DNA from: an uncultured Eubacteriales bacterium | GTDB lineage: Bacteria; Acidobacteriota; Aminicenantia; Aminicenantales; CAZPAX01 | Reading direction: 5' to 3' | Length of the DNA: 34,839 nt | Assembly: GCA_964584535.1 (NCBI GenBank) | Contig: CAZPAX010000001.1 | Coordinates: 1-34,839 of the forward strand | In this document: positions 6,807 to 19,378 of the stretch, piece after piece | Layout of the letters: every line of letters starts with the position of its first letter | How positions within the stretch are numbered: position 1 is the first letter of the stretch | Made by a program: the position numbers and the translations under genes | Notes under the pieces: model-generated | Told to the model about the DNA's origin: nothing | Databases searched by the model: none | Seen by the model: the letters and a program-made list of their open reading frames with translations, nothing else

Positions 6807-7598
6807 ATGACAAGCTTATGGACTCGCTGCAATAACTGCCAGCGGATTTCTTTCAAACAGGATATCATCGACAACAAGTATGTCTGCCCTGCCTGTAACT
6901 TCCATTTTCGGTTGTCCGCCAAGGAGAGGCTGGAGATTCTTTTTGATGACGGCCAATACAAGCTCCTCGACCAGCATATCTATCCTGTTGATTCCCTCCA
7001 TTTTGAAGACAGTCAGAAGTATTCGGAGAGGCTTGAGGAGAATCAGGAAAAGACTCAACTCCCAGAAGCTGTGCTGAATGCTGAAGGGACGATCGCTGGA
7101 ATTAAAGTCATCTGTTCAGCCTTAGATTTCGGGTTCATGGGTGGCAGTATGGGATCGGTCGTTGGAGAAAAAGTCACCAGAGCCGTTGAGAGAGCCCTAA
7201 AGGAAAGAGTACCTCTCATCATCATTTCTTGCTCTGGGGGAGCACGGATGCAGGAGGGAGCGCTTTCCCTGATGCAGCTTATGAAAACAAGCTCAGCCTT
7301 AGCCTGCTTGGACCAGGCTGGAATTCCTTATATCTCCGTGCTTGCCGATCCCACAACTGGAGGAGTTACAGCCAGCTTTGCTATGTTGGGAGACATCAAT
7401 ATTGCTGAGCCGAATGCCCTCATCGGCTTTGCTGGTCCTCGCGTTATCGAGCAAACCATAAAAGAGAAACTACCCAAAGGATTTCAGCGCTCGGAATTTC
7501 TCCTCAAACACGGCATGCTTGATGATGTCGTTGAAAGAAAGAATCTCCGCTCCTATCTCATCAGAGCCCTGAGACTTTTTCTTAACCGCTATCAATGA
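6807..7598 (+). CDS. accD: Acetyl-CoA carboxylase carboxyltransferase beta subunit
   Basis: N-terminal zinc ribbon CNNCQ...CPACNFHFRLSAKERL, followed by GFMGGSMGSVVGEK and SGGARMQEG. Confidence 0.92.
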   Translation: MTSLWTRCNNCQRISFKQDIIDNKYVCPACNFHFRLSAKERLEILFDDGQYKLLDQHIYPVDSLHFEDSQKYSERLEENQEKTQLPEAVLNAEGTIAGIKVICSALDFGFMGGSMGSVVGEKVTRAVERALKERVPLIIISCSGGARMQEGALSLMQLMKTSSALACLDQAGIPYISVLADPTTGGVTASFAMLGDINIAEPNALIGFAGPRVIEQTIKEKLPKGFQRSEFLLKHGMLDDVVERKNLRSYLIRALRLFLNRYQ

Positions 7599-8896
7599 AT
7601 TATGAAGAATGCCAAAAATATCTCGAAGAGATTCAGCGCTCGGGCATAAAGCTTGGCTTAGAGACGACGAGGACTGTCCTTTCCTCCTTCGATAATCCCC
7701 AAGACAAATATCCTTCACTTCTTGTTGCAGGAACAAATGGCAAGGGATCTGTCTGTGCGATGCTTGCTCAAATTCTGGCCGCTCATGGATATCGGGTTGG
7801 TTTATACACTTCGCCACACCTGGTGAGGGTTGAGGAGAGAATAAGGATCGGCCAAACTCTGATCTCTACTCAGGATTTTTGTCATCTCCTCACAGTTCTT
7901 AGAAAACAGATTGAGGATCTATTAAAGAAGAAGGAAATTGCTTCTTGCCCCACCTATTTTGAAGTGCTTACCATGCTTGCCTTCCTTTTTTTTGAAAAGG
8001 AAAATGTGGATATGGCCGTCCTCGAAGTGGGCATGGGAGGCCGCTTCGATGCCACCAATGTGGCCTCACCCCTTGTCTCTGTAATCACTGAAATTTCAAA
8101 GGATCATCAAGAATTCCTTGGCTCTCAGTTGAGCCAGATAGCCTTTGAAAAAGCAGGAATCATCAAGCCCGCAGTTCCTGTGGTCTGTGGAGTCAGGGGA
8201 GGCGTTGCCCAGAGGGTAATAAGAAAAAGAGCAAGAGAGATAGGGGCTCCGTATCATGGAGTTTTTGGAAGGAAAACACACTTTCTCGCGCGAAAGAGGG
8301 AGGGAAACTTCTCGTTTTTCTATGAAATGGATGGAACCCGCTATTCCTTTTCCCCTTCCTTAAAGGGAGAGCATCAGGGAAGAAACGCTGCAGTGGCCAT
8401 TGCTTCAGCAGCAGTGCTCAGCAAGACCTGGAGAAAATTGGAGAAGCAAAAAATTATTGAAGGGATAGAAAATACTCAATGGGAGGGTCGTCTGGAAATT
8501 GTTTCCTCCCATCCTTTGATCATCCTGGATGGGGCCCATAACGAGGGGGGGGCGAAAGTGTTGAGATCATACATCCAGAATTTTGTGCCTGCCCCTTTAA
8601 TCCTTGTCTTTGCCATTATGAGGGATAAGGAAATCGGCAAAATTATCAATATCCTTTTCCCTTTAGCCTCAAAAATCATTATCAGCCACTTCCCCTCCCA
8701 GAGGGCTTCTTCCCCTGAAGAGATAGAGGCAAAAGCTAGAAAGTTCCAGGAGAGAATAATTCTGGAGCCTGATCTAAAAAAGGCCATTCAAATGGCCCTT
8801 GCCGCCTCTCGTTCCAGTCAAGGCTCTGTCTTGATCACAGGCTCCCTTTTTTTGATTGGAGAGGTCAAGAAACTCCTGGCTCAGAAGAGTATCTGA
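7595..8896 (+). CDS. folC: Bifunctional folylpolyglutamate synthase / dihydrofolate synthase
   Basis: Mur-ligase P-loop VAGTNGKGS, plus SPHLVRVEERI, EVGMGGRFDATN and DGAHNEGG. An ATGA overlap with accD matches the classical accD-folC synteny. Confidence 0.9.
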   Translation: MNYEECQKYLEEIQRSGIKLGLETTRTVLSSFDNPQDKYPSLLVAGTNGKGSVCAMLAQILAAHGYRVGLYTSPHLVRVEERIRIGQTLISTQDFCHLLTVLRKQIEDLLKKKEIASCPTYFEVLTMLAFLFFEKENVDMAVLEVGMGGRFDATNVASPLVSVITEISKDHQEFLGSQLSQIAFEKAGIIKPAVPVVCGVRGGVAQRVIRKRAREIGAPYHGVFGRKTHFLARKREGNFSFFYEMDGTRYSFSPSLKGEHQGRNAAVAIASAAVLSKTWRKLEKQKIIEGIENTQWEGRLEIVSSHPLIILDGAHNEGGAKVLRSYIQNFVPAPLILVFAIMRDKEIGKIINILFPLASKIIISHFPSQRASSPEEIEAKARKFQERIILEPDLKKAIQMALAASRSSQGSVLITGSLFLIGEVKKLLAQKSI

Positions 8897-8921
8897 GCTC
8901 CATCTTTAGAGATGCTTTCGT

Positions 8922-8946
8922 AAGGCAGAAGCTTCCTTGCTTTTTT
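8922..8946 (+). terminator. Weak candidate intrinsic terminator after folC
   Basis: Imperfect hairpin AAGGcAG-aag-CTtCCTT followed by GC and a T6 run (8941-8946). The stem is short and AU-rich. Confidence 0.25.
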
Positions 8947-8997
8947 GGGCCAAAAATGATAAATTTTTTGCTAAATATCTCTTCGTGATATTTAAAA

Positions 8998-9414
8998 ATG
9001 ATTTCTATTGACGGGACATTAATAATTAGTTTTTTAATTGTTTGGGGACTTGTTATTGTCCTCACAAAATTGTTTTTCAATCCAGTGCGGAGGATGAGAG
9101 GAGAACGGGAATCTAGAATTAAGGAAGCCAAAAAAGCCTCCCAGAAAACGCTCCAGGCTTACCAAGAGTGTCTCGAAAAGATCGAGAAAAGCTTGAAATT
9201 GGCGCGGATAGAGGCTAATAAAACAAAGGAAGAATACGAGATCACTGCCTTGAGAGAAAAAAGCCTTTTTCTGGAGGAAGTAAATTCGGAATACAGGAAC
9301 GAGGTCGATAAGGCCAGAGGGGAGCTTGAAGAAACCATAGGAAATTTGAAAAAAGAACTGGGTTCAAAGGCTGTGATTTTGGCCAAAAGAATTGAACAGA
9401 GGTTGTTCGACTGA
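8998..9414 (+). CDS. atpF: F-type ATP synthase Fo subunit b/b' family (first copy, b'-like)
   Basis: Single N-terminal TM helix (LIISFLIVWGLVIVLTKLFFNPV) followed by a long charged helix. It sits at the head of the atp operon. Confidence 0.8.
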   Translation: MISIDGTLIISFLIVWGLVIVLTKLFFNPVRRMRGERESRIKEAKKASQKTLQAYQECLEKIEKSLKLARIEANKTKEEYEITALREKSLFLEEVNSEYRNEVDKARGELEETIGNLKKELGSKAVILAKRIEQRLFD

Positions 9415-10019
9415 TGAAGGGAAAAAAGCAAACCCTCTTTATATTTCTTCTCTTGCCCCTTTTTGTTTTTCTTGCCTTTCCTGAAGAAGGACAGTCCTTC
9501 AATGTCCTAGAATTTTTGGGAAAGAGTGTGAATTTCGTTGTCCTTTTTGGCGCTCTTGTCTATTTTCTCTACAAACCTCTGCAGAGTTATTTGGAGAAAA
9601 GATCTCTGGAAGTAAAAGAGGCCATGAAAGATGCTGAAGAATCCAGAAAGGAGTCGGAGAAGAGGTTCGATGAAGCTCGGGCGAGATTGGCTGGCCTGGA
9701 AGAAGAAATCGAGAAAATCAAGAAAGAGGCAGAAGTTGCAGGTCTCAGGGAAAAGGAGAAGATTTCAAGGCTTGCCCAAGAGGAAGCAGAAAGAATTAAG
9801 CATCTTGCCCAGCAGGAGATAGAGCTCGAGCTCAAAGCAGGAACTCAAGAGCTTAAGGAATACACTGCGGCTCTGGCGACAAATTTAGCTCAAGAGAGAA
9901 TTAAGAAAAAACTGACCGAAGAAGACCATTCTCTTCTCATTGACAAATCTATCAAAAAGTTTGTAAAACTCTATGAAAAGTCAAATTCTCATCAGAAGGT
10001 ACACTCAAGGACTGGTTAA
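9414..10019 (+). CDS. atpF: F-type ATP synthase Fo subunit b
   Basis: TM helix (VNFVVLFGALVYFLYKPL), then an E/K/A-rich coiled coil. Its start overlaps the preceding stop in the sequence TGATG. Confidence 0.85.
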   Translation: MKGKKQTLFIFLLLPLFVFLAFPEEGQSFNVLEFLGKSVNFVVLFGALVYFLYKPLQSYLEKRSLEVKEAMKDAEESRKESEKRFDEARARLAGLEEEIEKIKKEAEVAGLREKEKISRLAQEEAERIKHLAQQEIELELKAGTQELKEYTAALATNLAQERIKKKLTEEDHSLLIDKSIKKFVKLYEKSNSHQKVHSRTG

Positions 10020-10515
10020 CGCCATTAAAGACGAGTCTGAATTCTCGGTCCTCAGTCCGGAGTTATTGGATTTTTCAAAACTCCTTTCCACTCACACCGA
10101 GCTCAACAAGGCTTTGTCCAGTCCCTTTCTTCTCAAGGATAAGAAAATTCAAATCCTCAAAGAAATTTTGAGTAGGAAACCTTTCCAAGATAAGATTTCA
10201 CGGTTTGTCATCTTGCTCGCCGAACACAATCGACTTGGCCTCTTGGCTGGCATCTTGGATTCTTTACCTATCTTCTGGAACGAGAAGAAAGGGATATTGA
10301 CTTTTGAAGTGGCTTCTGTCGTCCCCTTGACCGATACTCAAAGAAAAAGATTGAGAAAAGAACTGGAATTACTGGAAGAAAAACCTGTTACTTTGGATTA
10401 CAGAATTGATCCTGAGCTCATCGGCGGTCTTTGCGTCAGGAGAGGCAATATTGTCTATGACGTCTCCATAAAAGGCAATTTATTGAAGCTAAGAGAAAAG
10501 ATTCGCGAAGGATAA
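9973..10515 (+). CDS. atpH: F-type ATP synthase F1 subunit delta (OSCP)
   Basis: N-terminus [14 protein letters not shown] matches the ARRYAxAL pattern. C-terminal [25 protein letters not shown] matches the OSCP signature. It overlaps atpF by 47 nt. Confidence 0.88.
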   Translation: MKSQILIRRYTQGLVNAIKDESEFSVLSPELLDFSKLLSTHTELNKALSSPFLLKDKKIQILKEILSRKPFQDKISRFVILLAEHNRLGLLAGILDSLPIFWNEKKGILTFEVASVVPLTDTQRKRLRKELELLEEKPVTLDYRIDPELIGGLCVRRGNIVYDVSIKGNLLKLREKIREG

Positions 10516-10522
10516 AGAAAAA

Positions 10523-12040
10523 ATGGAAATTAAGGCGGACGAGATAACCAAAATTATTCAGCGCCAGATCGAAGGCTACGAAACAGAGGTTGATGTCAAG
10601 GAAATTGGGACAGTGACCTCGGTTGGAGATGGAATTGCCCGGATCTATGGATTAGAAAGGGTTATGTACAATGAGCTCCTTGAGTTTCCTCGGGGAGTTT
10701 ATGGGCTTGCCCTGAATTTGGAAGAGGATAGCGTTGGTTCTGTGCTTTTAGGTGAAAGCTCGCTTGTCAAGGAAGGAGATCTAGTCAAGAGAACGCACAG
10801 GATCATGCAGGTTCCTGCTGGCTCTGCCCTTATCGGCAGGGTAGTTAATCCTCTTGGGCAGCCTCTGGACGGGAAAGGGCCCATCAGAACTGATAATTAT
10901 ATGTTTATCGAGAGACTCGCTCCAGGAGTTGTTGACCGCCTTCCAGTCAGGGAACCCCTCCAAACAGGAATAAAAGCCATTGATTCCATGATTCCGATTG
11001 GAAGGGGTCAAAGGGAGCTGATCATTGGCGACCGCCAGACCGGCAAAACTGCCATCGTCATTGACACCATCGTCAATCAGAAAAATTCAGGAGTTATCTG
11101 CATTTATGTGGCCATTGGCCAGAAGAACTCGACCATTGCTTACACCATTAGAGTTTTGGAGGATTATGGGGCAATGGATTATTCAATCGTGGTGGCTGCT
11201 TCAGCCAGCGATCCATCGCCTCTTCAGTATCTGGCTCCCTACAGCGGCTGCGCCATGGGAGAATATTTCAGGGACAATAAACAGCATGCCTTGGTCATTT
11301 ATGATGATCTATCCAAACATGCGGCAGCCTACCGCGAAATCTCTCTCCTTCTCCGCCGTCCTCCTGGAAGAGAAGCTTACCCGGGGGATGTCTTTTATCT
11401 TCATTCAAGACTTCTGGAAAGAGCAGCAAAATACAATGATGAGCATGGCGGTGGCACTCTGACAGCATTGCCGATCATTGAAACCCAGGCAGGAGATGTC
11501 TCGGGCTATATTCCTACCAACGTGATTTCGATCACGGATGGCCAGATCTATCTAGAACCCGAGCTTTTCAATGCAGGGATTAGGCCGGCCATCAATGTCG
11601 GGATATCTGTCTCTCGGGTGGGAGGGAATGCTCAGATAAAAGCTATGAAGCAGGTCGCCGGGAAGCTCCGCCTGGATTTAGCCCAATACCGGGAGCTTGT
11701 CACCTTTGCCCAGTTCGGGACCGAATTGGATAAGACAAGTCAGGCCCAGCTCGATAGAGGGGAAAGGCTGACTGAGATCCTCAAACAGAATCAGTATTTC
11801 CCGCTCCCTGTGGAGAAACAGATATTGATTATCTATGCGGGAAACAGAGGTTTCTTGGATGGAATCAAGGTGACTCATATTCAGCGCTACGAGAAGGAAC
11901 TCTATGAATATCTTGAAAAGGAACATCCTGACCTCTTGCAGAAAATTGCTGAAAAAAAGGAAATAAGCTCAGCCATGGATGAAGCCATTAGCACGGCTCT
12001 GCAGAACTTTAATCAGAAATTCAAAGAGGACGAAGGCTAA
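10523..12040 (+). CDS. atpA: F-type ATP synthase F1 subunit alpha
   Basis: Walker A GDRQTGKT, plus [52 protein letters not shown] and ITDGQIYLE. Confidence 0.97.
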   Translation: MEIKADEITKIIQRQIEGYETEVDVKEIGTVTSVGDGIARIYGLERVMYNELLEFPRGVYGLALNLEEDSVGSVLLGESSLVKEGDLVKRTHRIMQVPAGSALIGRVVNPLGQPLDGKGPIRTDNYMFIERLAPGVVDRLPVREPLQTGIKAIDSMIPIGRGQRELIIGDRQTGKTAIVIDTIVNQKNSGVICIYVAIGQKNSTIAYTIRVLEDYGAMDYSIVVAASASDPSPLQYLAPYSGCAMGEYFRDNKQHALVIYDDLSKHAAAYREISLLLRRPPGREAYPGDVFYLHSRLLERAAKYNDEHGGGTLTALPIIETQAGDVSGYIPTNVISITDGQIYLEPELFNAGIRPAINVGISVSRVGGNAQIKAMKQVAGKLRLDLAQYRELVTFAQFGTELDKTSQAQLDRGERLTEILKQNQYFPLPVEKQILIIYAGNRGFLDGIKVTHIQRYEKELYEYLEKEHPDLLQKIAEKKEISSAMDEAISTALQNFNQKFKEDEG

Positions 12041-12041
12041 G

Positions 12042-14616
<2,575 letters not shown>

Positions 14617-14645
<29 letters not shown>

Positions 14646-15360
14646 GGTTGAGACTCTTGACTCTTTTTACGAGGGCCGCATCCTTGTCTTGCAGAAGAGG
14701 AAGGGATACCGCTTTTCTGTCGATTCCCCCCTCCTCGCTGATGCCATTCAAACAAAAAGCACTGATGAACTTCTCGAGCTTGGAGCAGGGTGCGGCATTG
14801 TCTCTCTTCTTCTGGGCATCAAGCCTTTCAGGCATATTGTCGCTTTAGAGATACAAGAGTCTCTAGCAGATCTTGCCCGCAGGAATGTGAAGCTGAACAG
14901 CCTTGAGGGAAGGATTACTGTTATCCAGGAAGATCTCCGAGCTTACCAGCCTGGAAAAAAATTTGATGTTATCTTTTCCAATCCGCCCTATATCAAAAAG
15001 CTAGGGGGCCATTTGAGTCCATCCCTTGAAAAATCCATTGCCAAACATGAGTTAAAGTGTGATATTTTTGATATAATGGCCAAGACAAGAGAACTGTTGA
15101 AGAAGGAAGGAAGAGCCTATTTCATCTATCCAACAAAAAGAAAAGAGGATCTCCTTAAGGCGGTTGAGAAGAACATGCTGAGAATCAAGTCCCTTCGCTT
15201 TGTCCAGCCGCGTAGGAGTGCAGCAGCGAACCTTTTTTTGGTTGAATGTGACTTCAAAGCTCGGCAGACTCTCGGTCTTCCTCCTCTTATTCTTTACAAT
15301 GAGAAGGGAGATTACACTCCGGAAACAAAAAAGATTTTTTCAGGGAGAATCCATGCTTAG
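14617..15360 (+). CDS. SAM-dependent methyltransferase, tRNA1(Val) (adenine37-N6)-methyltransferase (TrmN6/YfiC)-like
   Basis: Motifs KGYRFSVDSPLLA, LELGAGCGIVSL and the N6-adenine motif FSNPPY. It overlaps atpC by 29 nt. Confidence 0.75.
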
Positions 15361-16171
15361 GCTTCTTAGAAATCTCAAGGAAATCTATAAATACAGAGTT
15401 TTGATTCAGAACCTGGTCAGCCGGGAACTCAAAGCTCGTTACCGGGGAACAATTCTTGGGTTTCTCTGGTCCTTTTTCAATCCTCTCCTACTGATGATCG
15501 TCTATACGATCGTCTTTGGCTTTATCATCAAGCCGCGGGATCCGAGCCTTGGGCAATCGCCTTGGCTCTATGCCCTTTTTCTTTTCTGTGGGGTGCTTCC
15601 CTGGGTCTGGTTTTCTTCCTCTTCTTTGGAATCAGCCAATGTTTTGATGATCCATGGAAACCTGATCAAGAAGATTCTTTTCCCGGCCGAAATTCTGCCC
15701 ATTGTTGTTGTCTTGAGCAACCTGATTCATTTTCTTTTTGGCCTTCCCATCCTTTTCCTTTTCATCCCCATCTTTGGCAAATCTTTTACCTTCTATATAT
15801 TCTTTTTGCCCTTGGTCATTCTTGTCCAGCTTGTCTTTTCCTTAGGGTTCAGTTTCCTGATTTCTTCTCTCACTGTACATTTCAGGGATATCAAAGACAT
15901 TCTGGCCAATGCCCTCACTTTCTGGTTTTTCGCCACCCCAATTGTCTACCCCATCACCTTTCCCACTATCCAGCAATCCTCTTTTCTGCGGATATTTCTC
16001 AATTTCAATCCCATGACTCATATCATGCAGGGCTATCAAAACTGCGTCTTTTTCGGAAGTCTTGTTCGCTGGAAGAAACTTGGAGTAACTTTCCTTGTGG
16101 CTCTTCTGCTTTTCTTCATTGGGTATTCTATTTTTGACAGGCTTCGGGACTCTTTTCCAGAGGAGGTTTAG
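15353..16171 (+). CDS. wzm: ABC-2 type polysaccharide/O-antigen export permease (Wzm/TagG family)
   Basis: LVSRELKARYRGTILGFLWSFFNPLL is the family N-terminal signature, and six hydrophobic helices follow. The start is set to ATG 15353, overlapping the upstream stop. Confidence 0.85.
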   Translation: MLRLLRNLKEIYKYRVLIQNLVSRELKARYRGTILGFLWSFFNPLLLMIVYTIVFGFIIKPRDPSLGQSPWLYALFLFCGVLPWVWFSSSSLESANVLMIHGNLIKKILFPAEILPIVVVLSNLIHFLFGLPILFLFIPIFGKSFTFYIFFLPLVILVQLVFSLGFSFLISSLTVHFRDIKDILANALTFWFFATPIVYPITFPTIQQSSFLRIFLNFNPMTHIMQGYQNCVFFGSLVRWKKLGVTFLVALLLFFIGYSIFDRLRDSFPEEV

Positions 16172-17446
16172 GTGTTGGCCATTGAAGTCGAGAATCTCAC
16201 CCGGATTTATCAAAAATATTCCGCCCGCCACCGCTTTCAAACTTTCAAGAGCGCCCTCCTCAAGGGAGATTTTTTCAAGGCTCTCAAGCCAGATGAGATG
16301 GTGACAGCTTTGGATGAAGTGAGCCTGGAAGTTGAGAAAGGGACGACTTTTGGGATTATTGGCGAGAATGGCTCTGGCAAGAGCACCCTGCTCAAGGTTG
16401 TGGCTGGAATCGCCAAGCCAACATCAGGAAAAGTTAAAGTCCAGGGTAAAGTTTCCGCTCTGATCGAGCTCGGAGCAGGATTTCACCCGGAGATCAGCGG
16501 TCGGGAAAATGTCTACATCAACGGGATCATGCTTGGCCTCTCCAAAAAGGAAATCAATCAGAAATTCAATGAGATTGTCCGATTCGCTGAGCTCGAAGAT
16601 TTTATCGACGCACCCGTCAAAACATATTCTTCGGGAATGTACATGCGCCTTGGGTTTTCTGTAGCCATCAATGTCAACCCTGAGATCTTGCTTATTGACG
16701 AAGTCCTGGCTGTTGGCGACGCTTCTTTTGTTCCCAAATGTCTGGATCGGATTAACGATTTTCGCCGCCGCAAAAAAACAATTCTTTTTGTCAGCCACGA
16801 CCTTTCCACTGTGGAGAAGATCTGTGACCGGGTCGCCTGGCTCAAGGCCGGGAAAATTCAGACTGTAGGAGAGCCGAAAAGAGTGGTCGATGCTTATCTT
16901 CAAGACATCGCCTCAAAGCAAGAGGAGGATTTTGAAAGGCGTCAAATAGCCCTGAATTTAGAACAGAAATGGGAAGAGGAGCGCAGGGAAAACAGATGGG
17001 GGAAGCGTGAGATTGAGATCAAAAAGGTAACCCTGAAGAGCCTCGCCGGACGGGAGAAGCATGTCTTTTCCCCCAATGAAGGAATGGTCATCGAAATGGA
17101 TGTTGTAGCTTATTCCCGCACCAAAGACTTTGTTTTTGGGATAGGGATATTCAATTCTCAAGGGATTTCCTGCTATGGGACAAACACAAATTTGGAGGAA
17201 TTTGAGCCTCTCTCCATTCAAGGGGAAGGGAAAGTCATCTGCAAGATCGAGAAGCTGAGCCTTATCAACGGAACATATTATCTGGATGTGGCCACTCATA
17301 AAAAAGATGGCTACCCTTATGACTATCACCGCAATCTCTATTCTTTCCTTGTTTCCTCTTCTTACCAGGATGTGGGAGTGAGCCGACTCTCTCACGCTTG
17401 GAGCTTTTCTCCTGGGATCAAGATAAATCCTCCCCGCAAGTCCTGA
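16172..17446 (+). CDS. wzt: Polysaccharide/O-antigen ABC exporter ATP-binding protein (Wzt/TagH family) with a C-terminal extra domain
   Basis: Walker A GENGSGKST, signature YSSGMYMRLGFS and Walker B LLIDEVLAVGD. About 170 extra residues follow the NBD, consistent with a Wzt-type carbohydrate-binding domain. The GTG start immediately follows the wzm stop. Confidence 0.85.
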   Translation: MLAIEVENLTRIYQKYSARHRFQTFKSALLKGDFFKALKPDEMVTALDEVSLEVEKGTTFGIIGENGSGKSTLLKVVAGIAKPTSGKVKVQGKVSALIELGAGFHPEISGRENVYINGIMLGLSKKEINQKFNEIVRFAELEDFIDAPVKTYSSGMYMRLGFSVAINVNPEILLIDEVLAVGDASFVPKCLDRINDFRRRKKTILFVSHDLSTVEKICDRVAWLKAGKIQTVGEPKRVVDAYLQDIASKQEEDFERRQIALNLEQKWEEERRENRWGKREIEIKKVTLKSLAGREKHVFSPNEGMVIEMDVVAYSRTKDFVFGIGIFNSQGISCYGTNTNLEEFEPLSIQGEGKVICKIEKLSLINGTYYLDVATHKKDGYPYDYHRNLYSFLVSSSYQDVGVSRLSHAWSFSPGIKINPPRKS

Positions 17447-17457
17447 TCTGGAAAGAA

Positions 17458-17940
17458 ATGGCAAGAGCGAAAATTCAGAAGTTAAGGGAACTGCTGAGAA
17501 TCCGACGACAGCTCAAGAGGCAGGGAAAAAGAGTCGTTTTTACCAACGGCTGTTTTGATCTTCTCCATGGCGGCCACATTCACCTCTTCCGAGAGGCAAA
17601 ACTCTGGGGAGATGTGCTGATTGTGGCTGTGAATGATGATTACTCGATCAGGAAAATAAAAGGTGCCTCTAGGCCAATTTTCCCCTTGAAAGAAAGGCTC
17701 GAAGTCCTTGAGGCGATCGAAGATATCGATTATCTGCTATCTTTTCGAGAAGAAACACCTTTACGGATTATTAGCTCTCTTTTGCCTGATATTCTGGTCA
17801 AAGGCGGTGACTGGAAACCTCACCAGGTCATCGGAAAGAAGGAGGTGGAAGAGGCTGGGGGGAAAGTAGTTATAGTTCCTTATCGCAGGGGTTGCTCAAG
17901 CTCAGCGCTTCTCAAAAAAATTGCCCGCGCTTTTTCCTGA
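17458..17940 (+). CDS. D-glycero-beta-D-manno-heptose-1-phosphate adenylyltransferase-like cytidylyltransferase (RfaE domain II / HldC type)
   Basis: VVFTNGCFDLLHGGHIHLF, LIVAVNDDYSIRKIKGASRPIFPLKERLEVLEAI and LVKGGDWKP closely follow the RfaE-II pattern. No kinase domain is attached. Confidence 0.8.
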   Translation: MARAKIQKLRELLRIRRQLKRQGKRVVFTNGCFDLLHGGHIHLFREAKLWGDVLIVAVNDDYSIRKIKGASRPIFPLKERLEVLEAIEDIDYLLSFREETPLRIISSLLPDILVKGGDWKPHQVIGKKEVEEAGGKVVIVPYRRGCSSSALLKKIARAFS

Positions 17941-18010
17941 GTTTCAGACTTTATCAGGATGAAATGTGTTAAAGTTGAGAGGAAAACCTGCTTGATAATT
18001 TTTCTTTTGA

Positions 18011-18028
18011 AGATCGAATACTCGATCT
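18011..18028. terminator. Hairpin in the convergent intergenic region (possible terminator)
   Basis: AGATCGA (18011-17), loop ATAC, TCGATCT (18022-28), extendable with a bulge. A T-rich stretch lies just upstream on the plus strand, but no canonical U-tract follows on either strand. Confidence 0.25.
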
Positions 18029-18066
18029 CTTCTGAAGAGCTAAAGAGCAGTTTTACATCATGCTCA

Positions 18067-18084
18067 GGATGCAGGTAGGCATCC
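18067..18084. terminator. Second hairpin in the convergent intergenic region
   Basis: GGATGC (18067-72), loop AGGTAG, GCATCC (18079-84). It is nested within an AAGAGC...GCTCTT outer pairing and has no U-tract. Confidence 0.2.
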
Positions 18085-18206
18085 GCTCTTGCAATGAGCA
18101 ACCCTTGGAACCATGAATCTTTTCATCTCAGTCTCCTTTGTGTTTATGAATTATCTATTCTTCAACAAAGAGATTTTTAAGTCAAGAACAGGAAAAGCGA
18201 AGTTCT

Positions 18207-19355
18207 CTATACGTGTTTGTGATATTCGATGATTTTCTGGCAGAACCAGGACCAGAGCTTTTGGTGAAATTCAAAGCTTGGAGAATGGTTTTCAAGGATT
18301 GCCCTCAAGCTCGTTGGCTCTTTATCATCTGGGGTCACTTTGAATTTGGTTTCACTCGACCAGAGCATAGGAAATTCAGGATGGAACTGGATGCCGAGGA
18401 CGTTGGGAAAGACCTTATGGTCCATGGCTTCGACAACTTTTCCGTCTAGAGACGTGGCAGCAATCTGGAATCCTTTGCCCAGGATATCTGCTTCCTGATG
18501 ATGGGCGCTGAGGATGTAAGGCTTGGCCTCGCTTGAAAATCCCATGGCGGTACGGAAAACACTCTTTTCTTTAAACTTTATGGGGTGCATATGGTAAGGG
18601 AAAAGCTTCTCTTCTGGATGAAGGCGATCGAAAGGATTTGTGTGCCAGTTTTCCCGGCCGAGCTCAATCACATCTTCGAAAAATTTCTTTCCATACTTTT
18701 CTGACCAGATATCCTGGATTAGATTGCCGCCTGTCCCCACATTGAGACTCTGGCTACCCAGGCAGATTCCGAAAATCGGGAACTTCGGACTGTTTTCAAG
18801 AAATCCTTTGAAATTCTCATCCTGCAGTCCACCCAAAAGATGAAAAATAAAAGAAAGCTCCAAGAAATGGCGATAGGGATCTTCGATTTGGGTGAAAAGG
18901 TTTGTCTTTTTTTTGTAAAGAGAGGGTGGAATATCTGGACCACCAAAAAAGATCACTCCATCTGATTTCTTGAAAATTGTCTCAAATTCGCTGCTGCAGG
19001 AATTTTTCTTGAAAAGGAGATCTTCCCTGAGCTCAGCTCGTATCTGGTGGAACTTGAACCAGTCAAGATTGTTACTTTTCACAAATTCCTTTGAGGCTTG
19101 ATAGTTCGTTTTCTCCTCGATATGGTAGACTCCGATGACTGTCAGTCCCTCAATATCAATGAATCCATTTTTCCTGAGCTCAACAAGGGCTTTGATGCTG
19201 CCCACAGAAGGATAAAAAATAGTGAGCCTTATTTCTTTATGGTCAATCTCTGCTCTATCAAAAAACCGTTCTGGCTCCTGAGAGAAGAGAATTCCCTGGA
19301 GAAAGATAAAAATGAAAAAAATAGCAAAGAACATTGTCCGAAAAGACTTTTTCAT
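18207..19355 (-). CDS. Signal-peptide-bearing class-I glutamine amidotransferase / peptidase C26 (gamma-glutamyl hydrolase, PuuD-like) with an extra N-terminal domain
   Basis: Sec-type leader MKKSFRTMFFAIFFIFIFLQGILFSQE. The catalytic triad context is intact: IFGICLGSQ (Cys) and GIQFHPEF (His-x-Glu). A GAGGAG Shine-Dalgarno sequence lies 6 nt upstream. Confidence 0.75.
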   Translation of the reverse strand: MKKSFRTMFFAIFFIFIFLQGILFSQEPERFFDRAEIDHKEIRLTIFYPSVGSIKALVELRKNGFIDIEGLTVIGVYHIEEKTNYQASKEFVKSNNLDWFKFHQIRAELREDLLFKKNSCSSEFETIFKKSDGVIFFGGPDIPPSLYKKKTNLFTQIEDPYRHFLELSFIFHLLGGLQDENFKGFLENSPKFPIFGICLGSQSLNVGTGGNLIQDIWSEKYGKKFFEDVIELGRENWHTNPFDRLHPEEKLFPYHMHPIKFKEKSVFRTAMGFSSEAKPYILSAHHQEADILGKGFQIAATSLDGKVVEAMDHKVFPNVLGIQFHPEFPMLWSSETKFKVTPDDKEPTSLRAILENHSPSFEFHQKLWSWFCQKIIEYHKHV

Positions 19356-19378
19356 CTTTTTCTCCTCTGGGCGTTTCT

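Noticed and set aside
8968-8997. A defined promoter for the atp operon
   Set aside because: TTGCTA (8968-8973) is a good -35. With a 17-nt spacer, however, the -10 would be TTTAAA, ending 1 nt before the ATG. The better -10-like GATATT (8987-8992) gives only a 13-nt spacer. The hexamer assignment is too ambiguous to report as a feature.
17959-18078. 39-aa ORF MKCVKVERKTCLIIFLLKIEYSISSEELKSSFTSCSGCR in the convergent intergenic region (four Cys, including CxxC)
   Set aside because: It has no usable Shine-Dalgarno sequence and no promoter-like hexamers. Its sequence is largely made up of the two hairpins at 18011-18028 and 18067-18084. It cannot be separated from chance without conservation data.
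17880-18101. Track ORF 17880-18101 (-), 73 aa
   Set aside because: It overlaps the 3' end of the adenylyltransferase gene antisense, has no motifs and has no translation signals.
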